Assembly (NCBI GenBank): GCA_027314915.1
Contig: DAHUZZ010000004.1
Span: 30,368-94,367 of the forward strand
Length of the DNA stretch: 64,000 bases
Source of the DNA: Thermoplasmata archaeon
GTDB lineage: Archaea; Thermoplasmatota; Thermoplasmata; Lutacidiplasmatales; UBA184
Direction of reading: 5' to 3'
How positions within the stretch are numbered: position 1 is the first letter of the stretch; the number at the start of each line of letters is the position of its first letter. The translations under genes were made by a program, and so were the position numbers. The notes below the pieces were generated by a model. It searched no databases, was not told the origin of the DNA, and was given only the letters and a program-made list of their open reading frames with translations. Positions 26,954 to 34,096 of this stretch are shown piece by piece.

Positions 26954-28030
26954 TCAGAGCTTCGGAAGTAGGAGCGACCGCCCGATCTCCTCGTTCGGGA
27001 CCGCGTAGAGCTTCCCGTAGATGATCCGGCGGAGGTCGTCGCGCTCGAGTCCGGAGAGGAGGAGGAAGCTGAACAGGATGGCGATCGAGAGCGGGAAGGT
27101 GCGGAGCCGCTTGAGCTCCCGGAGGAGGCGCTCCCGGACGAGGGCGCCCTCGTACCCCACCAGGCTCCGGTTCTCGGCATAGAGCGCGCTTCCCTCGGAG
27201 AGCGCGGGGAACCGCGGCTCGAGCTGGCCCACGAGCTCGGCGACCGACCGGACGTTGTAGAGGTCCTGGACCTTCTCCCGGGGCAGGTTGCCCCCGTCGA
27301 TGAACCGGGCGAGGACCGTCTCCGCCGGGAGCTCCGCGTCCTTCCCCTTGAGGAGGAGGATCGCGTTCTTCTCGTCGACCTCGCTCCGAAGGAACTCGCG
27401 GATCACCCACTCGTCCCCCTGGAAGAACCGGGCGTTCTCGAGGAGCTCCCCGTAGTACCGGCGCTCGAGCGCGCTCAGGAGCGGGAAGATGTTGTGGCTC
27501 CGCTCGTACTCCTCGAGCAGCGGGAGGAGCGGACCACCGTAGCCGAACTTGACGAGCTGCGCGACGACGGCGTCGAGGGAGGGGGCGGCGAGGAGGCTCC
27601 GCAGGTCGTCGAGGGTGAGCGGGCCCGCCACGAGCCCCGCCGGCACCTCCCGGCTCGAGACCAGCTGCGACTCCGTCTCGACCACCCCGCGCCCCTCGGC
27701 CTTGGCCGAGAGGATGAGGGCGATGTTCTGGAGGTCCCACCGCCGCAGGTAGGCCCGGATGAGCGAGCGGCCCGCGAAGGGCGCGGACTCCTGCACGATC
27801 CGGAGCCGGTGCACCAGGACCCGGTTCACGGCCACCTCGAAGACCGCCGGGCCCCGGGTGGTGGCCCCGGCCTTCGCGAGCTCGGGGCCGTAGACGGTGG
27901 GTTCGAGGAGCTTGTACAGGTCGTCGAGGTCCCGGCTCTGGAGGAGCGCCGGGTAGAGCTCCTTCGGGAGGAGCGTCGGCTGGAGCGCCTTGAAGCGTCC
28001 GAGCGGGCTCGCGTACGGGGAGCTGGCCAC
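26954..28030 (-). CDS. atpC: A-type ATP synthase subunit C
   Basis: 358 aa. Position and overall similarity to V/A-ATPase subunit C (d). Confidence 0.85.
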   Translation of the reverse strand: MASSPYASPLGRFKALQPTLLPKELYPALLQSRDLDDLYKLLEPTVYGPELAKAGATTRGPAVFEVAVNRVLVHRLRIVQESAPFAGRSLIRAYLRRWDLQNIALILSAKAEGRGVVETESQLVSSREVPAGLVAGPLTLDDLRSLLAAPSLDAVVAQLVKFGYGGPLLPLLEEYERSHNIFPLLSALERRYYGELLENARFFQGDEWVIREFLRSEVDEKNAILLLKGKDAELPAETVLARFIDGGNLPREKVQDLYNVRSVAELVGQLEPRFPALSEGSALYAENRSLVGYEGALVRERLLRELKRLRTFPLSIAILFSFLLLSGLERDDLRRIIYGKLYAVPNEEIGRSLLLPKL

Positions 28031-28040
28031 GCGCGTCCCC

Positions 28041-28592
28041 CTAGGCGAGCAGCTCGCGGAGCCGGTCCTCCCGGAAGCGGAGCAGCTCGTCGAAGCTCAG
28101 GTTGAGCCGTCGGTCTCCGTCGGGGGTCTCGGCGAGGAGTCCGCCCAGGATCGGCTGGGGCTGGTTCACGAACCCCTTGCCGGCGATCTCCTTGAGCTCG
28201 GAAGCGTCCTCCGCGCGGCCCGAGACCCGGAGGTCGCGGCCGAGCTCGTCGGCGGCGAAGGCGTACATCCGGGCGAGGACCTCGGAGTACTCGCTCGACC
28301 GGGTGAACTCCCCGAGCATCGTGCGCACGGACCCGAGCGACCCGGCGAGCGCCGCCTCCCGGGCCTCGTACTCGAGCTTCCGGGCCTGCATCCGGGCCCC
28401 GGCGATCCGCTGCGACCTCTGCCGGCGCGCCTCCAGGGCGGCCTGCTCGCCGAGCTGCCGGGTGATCTCGGCGATCCGGCGGTCCCGGTCGGCCACGATC
28501 CGCTGCTTCTCTTCCTCGCCCGCGGCCAGCGCGGCCGCCCGTTCGTCGTCGCCCCGGCGGCGGATCTCGTCGAGGAGCCGGTCGAGCGTCAT
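28041..28592 (-). CDS. atpE: A-type ATP synthase subunit E
   Basis: 183 aa. Charged coiled-coil N-terminus and globular C-terminus. It lies between atpK and atpC. Confidence 0.8.
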   Translation of the reverse strand: MTLDRLLDEIRRRGDDERAAALAAGEEEKQRIVADRDRRIAEITRQLGEQAALEARRQRSQRIAGARMQARKLEYEAREAALAGSLGSVRTMLGEFTRSSEYSEVLARMYAFAADELGRDLRVSGRAEDASELKEIAGKGFVNQPQPILGGLLAETPDGDRRLNLSFDELLRFREDRLRELLA

Positions 28593-28602
28593 GCCCGACC
28601 GT

Positions 28603-28833
28603 CTAGATGACGCCGAGCAGGAGGATGATCCCCAGCACGAACCCCAGGATCCAGAGCGTCTCGGGGATCACGAAGAAGAACAGCACCCGTCCGAAGAGCT
28701 CGGGCTTCTCGGCGTAGATGCCCATCCCCGACGCCCCGATCCCGGACTGGGCCATGCCGGTGCCGATGAGCCCACCGGCGATGGAGATTCCTGCGGCGAT
28801 GGCCAGCAAAGCGTGCGGGATGTCGACAACCAT
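28603..28833 (-). CDS. atpK: A-type ATP synthase proteolipid subunit K (c)
   Basis: 76 aa, a two-TM hairpin with a G-rich helix 1 and the conserved carboxylate in FFFVIPETLWILG. Confidence 0.9.
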   Translation of the reverse strand: MVVDIPHALLAIAAGISIAGGLIGTGMAQSGIGASGMGIYAEKPELFGRVLFFFVIPETLWILGFVLGIILLLGVI

Positions 28834-28868
28834 ACGGGCGTTCCTCGGGCCCGCCGAAAAAGGCCCTG

Positions 28869-28878
28869 TATATAATAT
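28869..28878 (-). promoter_or_regulatory. TATA box upstream of atpK
   Basis: The minus strand reads ATATTATATA, 36-45 nt upstream of ATG 28833. This is the strongest A/T run in the window. Confidence 0.5.
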
Positions 28879-29114
28879 CCGACCTTACGCCGACCTGCGA
28901 CCTACGCGCGCCCTCCCGGGGCCTCCCCGGGGCGGCTCCCGCTCCGGGCGGGTACTTCGGGGAGTACGGGGCCGGGGGGAAGGGGGCCCGGACCGTCGTC
29001 CCGTCCGCGGGCCCCTTCGTCCTCGGCGGGGCGGGGGAGGACGGGAGGAGGAGGTCGCCGACCGACGCGGACGGTGCGCGAAAGCGCATTAGGGAGGCGG
29101 GGGTGGTCGGCGGC

Positions 29115-29840
29115 ATGGAGTCCACGCTCGCCGGGGAGGCCCGGGAGCTCGAGCGCCTGCTGGGCCTTGAGTCTCCTCCGATCCAGATCAGCTACCTCGA
29201 GACGCCCCCCGCGGGGGTCCCCGAGCATCCCGGCGGGGTGCCCTCCGTCTGCACCTTCTTCGCCGAGGCCCGGGAGCGGCCCTTCTTCGCGGCGCTGCCG
29301 GCGCACGAGGAGTGCGAGGTCGGCGCCTTCGTCCTCGGGATCCCCCCCAAGGGCCCCGCCGGGGAGCGGCTCATGGGGACCCTCGGGGAGATGCAGGCCC
29401 GGGGTTACCTCGAGCCCGGCGAGGAGGCGAAGGTCGCGCACAACGCGACGCCCCCGAACTTCGTCGCCTACGGCCCGCTCGGCAGCCTCCCGATCCCCCC
29501 GACTGGCATCCTGATCTTCGCGAAGCCGAAGGCGGTCATGCTGGCGATGGAGACGGCGCGCTTCCGGCTCCCGGTCCTGGGCCGGCCGATGTGCTCGATC
29601 CTTCCCACGCTCCTCCAGGGCGCCCCGGTGGCCGTGTCCGCCGGCTGCACGGGGTCCCGGATCTACACGCAGCTCGGCGACGACCAGATGATCATCGGGC
29701 TCCGCGGCGACCACCTCACGCCGTTCCTCGCGGAGCTGCGCCGGATCGCCGCGGCCAACGACTGGGTGGCCGCCGAGGATACCCGCCGGCGCGGGGCGGC
29801 GGCCCACCCCTACGTCGACCCGGCCCGGGCCGGGCGCTGA
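29115..29840 (+). CDS. DUF169 (COG2043-like) family protein
   Basis: About 241 aa. The pattern of conserved Cys and Gly residues (PSVCTFFAEA ... ECEVGAFVLG ... GCTGSRIYT) resembles DUF169. The start could instead be GTG 29103. Confidence 0.65.
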   Translation: MESTLAGEARELERLLGLESPPIQISYLETPPAGVPEHPGGVPSVCTFFAEARERPFFAALPAHEECEVGAFVLGIPPKGPAGERLMGTLGEMQARGYLEPGEEAKVAHNATPPNFVAYGPLGSLPIPPTGILIFAKPKAVMLAMETARFRLPVLGRPMCSILPTLLQGAPVAVSAGCTGSRIYTQLGDDQMIIGLRGDHLTPFLAELRRIAAANDWVAAEDTRRRGAAAHPYVDPARAGR

Positions 29841-29847
29841 GGGACCG

Positions 29848-30933
29848 TCACCGTATCTGGGCGACGATCGCCGCGACCGCGGGCTCGCTCGCCACGTTCG
29901 CGGGCGAACCGCCGTTCTGGTACACGAGGTAGGCGAGCAGGTAGGCCTCCGCGGAGGTGATCGCCAGGTAGGCGGTCCCCGACTTCTGCGCGAGCTGGGA
30001 GCTGACCTCCGCCGCCGTGAGGCCGGAGAGCGCGGCCGGGTCGACGAGCGTCGCCTGGGCGTGGACGAACTGGCCGACCACGACGAAGGGGATGGCGCCG
30101 AGCGGGTTGTAGGCGCTGAGGTAGGCCTGCTCGATGCAGGCGCCGACCGCCGGGGCGACGATCTGGGCATCGCCGGTGGACTCGCGGGCGTCGAGCACGA
30201 CGTAGGAGCTCGCCACGGAGAGGTCCGGCAGCACCACCGAGGGCGTGTTCGGGTAGACGTCGGTGGACGACGAGTGGTCGTAGGTCACCCCCGAGACCTG
30301 CCCGAGCGACTGGAGCGCCGCCAGGACCGCCCAGCTGGACGCGGAGCAGTAGGGGCAGGCCACGGAGCCGTAGAAGAAGAGCACGGGGATGCCGTTCTCG
30401 CGGAAGCTGCCCTGCGCGACCCGTTCCCACCCGCCGGGCTCGCCGGTCAGGAACGGCGAGAGCACCGGGCACCCCGAGGCGAGCGCGGCGCCCCCGAGCG
30501 CCCCGGCGAGGAGGAGGCCGACCGTCACGCCGGCGGTGGCGGTCTGCCGGAAGGCCGGGGTCCACTTCTGGGGGGACCGGAGGAGCCCGATCGCGAGCAG
30601 GATGCCCGCGGCCGCGGCCGCGAGCCCGAGGAAGGGGATGGCGGGGAGGTACACCCCGACGGGCGAGGGGAGGACGAGCGCGAGGAACACCCAGGGGGCG
30701 AGGAGGGGGAAGAGGAGCCACCCCACCCGCGCGAGCCCCCATCGGCGGGAGGTCCGATCCTCCTCCCGAGGGGCGGCGCCGGCGGGGTCCCGGTCCCGCG
30801 CGAGCGCCCGCAGCTGCCGGCCCGGGGTGGTACCCTTCGGGTCCGGCTGAAAGCCGCTCCGCGGATCGCTCGCGATCTCCTCCCAGCTCTTCCCCGCCGC
30901 GCGCTTCCGGTCGACCCACGCCCAGTCGACCAT
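29848..30933 (-). CDS. Membrane protein with a thioredoxin-like CPYC domain (DUF929-like), paralog 1
   Basis: N-terminal MVDWAWVDRKRAAGKSWEEIA, then TM segments, then FFYGSVACPYCSASSWAVLAAL. It is a paralog of 57625..58824. Confidence 0.75.
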   Translation of the reverse strand: MVDWAWVDRKRAAGKSWEEIASDPRSGFQPDPKGTTPGRQLRALARDRDPAGAAPREEDRTSRRWGLARVGWLLFPLLAPWVFLALVLPSPVGVYLPAIPFLGLAAAAAGILLAIGLLRSPQKWTPAFRQTATAGVTVGLLLAGALGGAALASGCPVLSPFLTGEPGGWERVAQGSFRENGIPVLFFYGSVACPYCSASSWAVLAALQSLGQVSGVTYDHSSSTDVYPNTPSVVLPDLSVASSYVVLDARESTGDAQIVAPAVGACIEQAYLSAYNPLGAIPFVVVGQFVHAQATLVDPAALSGLTAAEVSSQLAQKSGTAYLAITSAEAYLLAYLVYQNGGSPANVASEPAVAAIVAQIR

Positions 30934-31017
30934 CGCGCCGGGGAGCCGTCGCGGAGGTACAAGAGGTTCACGCGCCGGGCGCCCTCCTTAAGGCGCGCAC
31001 CCCCTCCCCCGCGCGGG

Positions 31018-31920
31018 ATGCGGATCACCTTCCTGGGCACGGCGGGATCGTGGCCGACGAAGGAGCGCAACGCGAGCGCGATCGCCCTCGACACCGAACG
31101 GGAGCTCCTCCTGCTCGACTGCGGTGAGGGGACCCAGCGCCAGTTCTTCCAGTCGACGTCCTCCTTCATGCGGGTCCGCCGGATCTTCCTCACCCACTTC
31201 CACGGGGACCACTTCCTCGGCCTCCCCGGGCTCATCCAGTCCATGTGCCTCAACAACCGGACCGAGCCGCTCGACCTCTACGGCCCGCCGGACAGCCGGG
31301 AGGTCCTCGAGCGGGTCCTCTCCCTGGGCTACTTCACCCTCCGCTTCCCGGTGACGATCCACCCGCTCGCGCCCGGCGCGACCGTCGAGCTCGACGGGGT
31401 CACCGTCCGCACCGCGGAGGCGCTCCACCCCGTCCCGTCGCTCGCCTACCGGGTCGAGGAGGCGCCGAAGCGGGGCCGCTTCGACGGCGAGAAGGCCCGT
31501 GCGCTCGGGATCCGGGGCGCGCACTTCGCGCGGCTCGAGGCGGGCGAGACGGTCGTGGTGAACGGCCGATCGATCCCCCCCGAGGAGGTGATGGGACCCC
31601 CGCGCGCCGGCCGTTCCATCGTCTACTCCGGCGACAGCGCTCCCTCGGAGAAGATCGCCGCCCTCGCCCACGGCGCGACGGTCCTGATCCACGAGGCGAC
31701 CACGATGGAGGAACTCGAGTCCCAGGCGAACGACTGGGGCCACTCCTCCGCGCGCCAGGCCGCGGCGATCGCCCGGGAGGCGGAGGTGGGGGAGCTCTTC
31801 CTGACCCACTTCTCGGCCCGCTACAAGGAGCTCGAGCCGCTCGAGCAGGAAGCGCGCGCCCTCTTCCCCGGCAGCCGGACGGCGAGGGACCTGCTCGACC
31901 ACCTCGTTCGGCAGCCATGA
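31018..31920 (+). CDS. rnz: Ribonuclease Z (tRNA 3' endonuclease)
   Basis: MRITFLGTAGSWP ... the metallo-beta-lactamase motif LTHFHGDHFLGLPGL ... HSS. Confidence 0.9.
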   Translation: MRITFLGTAGSWPTKERNASAIALDTERELLLLDCGEGTQRQFFQSTSSFMRVRRIFLTHFHGDHFLGLPGLIQSMCLNNRTEPLDLYGPPDSREVLERVLSLGYFTLRFPVTIHPLAPGATVELDGVTVRTAEALHPVPSLAYRVEEAPKRGRFDGEKARALGIRGAHFARLEAGETVVVNGRSIPPEEVMGPPRAGRSIVYSGDSAPSEKIAALAHGATVLIHEATTMEELESQANDWGHSSARQAAAIAREAEVGELFLTHFSARYKELEPLEQEARALFPGSRTARDLLDHLVRQP

Positions 31921-33170
31921 TCCGGGCCGACCGGGTCGTCACCGGGATCCGCGAGCTCGCGACCCTCTCGGTGGGTCCGGTGCCGCGCATCGGCCCCGCG
32001 ATGGGCGAGCTCGGCCTCCTCCCCGACGCCGCGATCGGCGTGCGCGCGGGGCGCATCGCCTGGGTCGGCCCCGAGCGCGCGCTCTCCCGATCGGTCGCGC
32101 TCCGGCCGGGCGGTCCCCGCATCGACCTCGAAGGGTCGTGCGTCGTCCCCGGGTTCGTGGACCCGCACACCCACCTCCTCTTCGCGGGGGACCGCCACGA
32201 CGAGGTGGCCGCGAAGCTGTCCGGGGCGAGCTATGCCGAGATCGCCTCCGGCGGCGGCGGGCTCTACGCGACGGTGCGGGCGACCCGGCGGGCGTCGGAG
32301 GCGGAGCTCCTCGGGTCGGCCGCCGACCGGCTAAGCCGGATGGCCCGGTGGGGCACCACCACGGCCGAGGTGAAGACCGGCTATGCCCTCACCCGGGCCG
32401 GCGAGCGGAGGCTCCTCGGGCTCATCCCCCGGCTCGAGCGGAGGACCGGTCTCCGGCTCGTGGCCACCTACCTCGCCGCGCACGCGGTGCCGCCCGAGCT
32501 CCGGGGCCGCGCCGACGCGTACCTCGACGGCCTCGTCGCCGAACTCCCGGCGATCGCGCGGGCCGGCCGGGCCCGGTTCTGCGACATCTTCTGCGAGCCG
32601 GGCTTCTTCACCCTCGAGCAGTCCGACCGGCTGCTCCGCGCGGCGCGGAGCGCGGGGCTCGGCCTCAAGATCCACGCCGACGAGTTCGTCGCGAGCGGCG
32701 GGGCGGAGCTCGCCGCCCGGCTGGGGGCGCGCTCGGCCGATCACCTCTCGGCCGCCCCCCGGTCGGCGTTCCCGGCGCTCGCCGCCGCGGGCGTCACGGC
32801 GGTGCTGCTCCCCGTGACGCCGTTCTCGGCGATGTCGGACCTGCGGAGCCCCGGCCGGGAGCTCGTCGAGGCGGGCGTGCCGGTCGCCGTCGGCACCGAC
32901 CTCTCGCCGAACTCCTGGGTGGAGGGGATGCCGCTCGCGCTCGCCCACGCCGTGTACCGGGGGCACCTCACGCCGGCGGAAGCGATCACGGCCGGGACGG
33001 TCAACGCCGCCCACGCCCTCGATCTCGGAGGGGTCGCCGGCCAGATCGCCCCCGGCCGGGACGCCGATCTCTCGGCGTTCAAGGTGCGCCACGCCGTCGA
33101 GATCCCCTACCGCGTGGGGGCACTTCCGGTCGCAGTTTACCGTCGGGGAAGAGCGCTTTTCTCGACGTGA
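31917..33170 (+). CDS. hutI: Imidazolonepropionase
   Basis: GFVDPHTHLLFAGDRHDEVAAKLSGASYAEIASGGGGLYATVRATRRAS is a HutI signature. The ATG overlaps the rnz TGA (ATGA). Confidence 0.85.
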   Translation: MIRADRVVTGIRELATLSVGPVPRIGPAMGELGLLPDAAIGVRAGRIAWVGPERALSRSVALRPGGPRIDLEGSCVVPGFVDPHTHLLFAGDRHDEVAAKLSGASYAEIASGGGGLYATVRATRRASEAELLGSAADRLSRMARWGTTTAEVKTGYALTRAGERRLLGLIPRLERRTGLRLVATYLAAHAVPPELRGRADAYLDGLVAELPAIARAGRARFCDIFCEPGFFTLEQSDRLLRAARSAGLGLKIHADEFVASGGAELAARLGARSADHLSAAPRSAFPALAAAGVTAVLLPVTPFSAMSDLRSPGRELVEAGVPVAVGTDLSPNSWVEGMPLALAHAVYRGHLTPAEAITAGTVNAAHALDLGGVAGQIAPGRDADLSAFKVRHAVEIPYRVGALPVAVYRRGRALFST

Positions 33171-33228
33171 ATTCGAACGTCGGGTTCAAATAGGGGGGGT
33201 GGACTTATCGTCGGTGAGGTCGCCTAAA

Positions 33229-33444
33229 ATGGCGGAACGCGTCGGAAAGGAGCAGATCACGCGAGAGAAGGGATACCTGTACTACCTGGGCAAGGACGGG
33301 TACCTGTGGAAGACCCCGACCAAGCTCAACAAGAGCGGCCGTAAGGCTAAGGTCGGCAGCGAGAAGATCCAGCGGGCGGACGGCTACATGTACTTCCTCG
33401 ACAAGAAGGGGTACGTAGCGCGCGCCCGGATGAAGAACGCCTGA
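33229..33444 (+). CDS. Small basic protein (71 aa) with two G-Y-hydrophobic hairpin-like repeats
   Basis: MAERVGKEQITREKGYLYYLGKDGYLWKTP ... DGYMYFLDKKGYVARA. GGTGAGG lies 8 nt upstream of ATG 33229. The gene sits in the lowest-GC patch of the window. Confidence 0.6.
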   Translation: MAERVGKEQITREKGYLYYLGKDGYLWKTPTKLNKSGRKAKVGSEKIQRADGYMYFLDKKGYVARARMKNA

Positions 33445-33471
33445 CCTGGCGATCCCCAACCCTGTTTCCCT

Positions 33472-33512
33472 GGGACCTCGCCCGCTGGGCGGGGTCCCTC
33501 CCCCTTCTTTTC
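33472..33512 (+). terminator. Hairpin plus T-tract downstream of the small basic protein gene
   Basis: GGGACCTCGCCCGCTGGGCGGGGTCCC forms nested inverted repeats and is followed by CCCCTTCTTTTCCC. Confidence 0.4.
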
Positions 33513-33565
33513 CCGAGGGAGCCCATCGAGCAGCGCCCGGTCCCCGGCGACCGGAGATGCTCCGG

Positions 33566-33742
33566 TCAGCCGGGGGGACCCGGGATCCGTCGGGCCCCGG
33601 AGATCGCCGGGGGCAGGACCCGCATGCTGCAGGGCATCGTCACGCCGCAGTCGCCGCAGAACCAGCCCTCGTCCATCGCCCAGAGGAACGCGCCGCAGCG
33701 GTCGCACTTCCGGGGGTCCTCGTTGTCGAACCGGCACGTCAT
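33566..33742 (-). CDS. Small zinc-ribbon protein (58 aa)
   Basis: MTCRFDNEDPRKCDRCGAFLWAMDEGWFCGDCG... GC3 is close to 100% from ATG 33742. This is the C-terminal part of the listed 103-aa ORF. Confidence 0.55.
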   Translation of the reverse strand: MTCRFDNEDPRKCDRCGAFLWAMDEGWFCGDCGVTMPCSMRVLPPAISGARRIPGPPG

Positions 33743-34035
33743 CGAAGCCCGGACCCTCGAGGGCGTCCGGGGCGCAAGAACCCTCCGCTCGCACCGCGTT
33801 TTGGAGTACCGCGAACGTGGAACGCGCCTCGCGTTCCCTCCGATGGACGTTGTCGCGCGGGCCCAAACCATCGCCACAAATACTCGGAGGGCGTGAGCCG
33901 CCTCCGGAGGCTTTCATCGAGTGTTCTTCGAGCCCCGGCGCTCGCAACTTGCCCTCCGGGCCGCGCGGAAGGCCGTCTCCGTCGACGGCGTTTCGCGACC
34001 CGGCCCGACAAGAGTTATAGCCCCGGGGCTTGAGA

Positions 34036-34060
34036 GCGGTCGGACACCGCAGCCGACCGC
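34036..34060 (+). promoter_or_regulatory. Perfect 8-bp inverted repeat in the nrdJ leader
   Basis: GCGGTCGG-acaccgcag-CCGACCGC lies between the TATA-like GTTATAG (34014-34020) and the nrdJ ATG 34097. Confidence 0.35.
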
Positions 34061-34096
34061 CTCGCGATCGAAGCGCTCCAGAACAGTGTGATCTCC

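Noticed and set aside
31917-33170. An isolated hutI as a marker of a histidine-utilisation island.
   Set aside because: No hutH, hutU or hutG is present in the window, and the gene is simply coupled to rnz. The observation is noted, but there is no evidence for anything beyond a stand-alone amidohydrolase of the HutI type.
33743-34096. Cobalamin riboswitch upstream of the B12-dependent RNR.
   Set aside because: No B12-box-like consensus was recognised, and riboswitch control of nrdJ in archaea is not established. Only simple stems are present, and these are reported as a low-interest finding instead.
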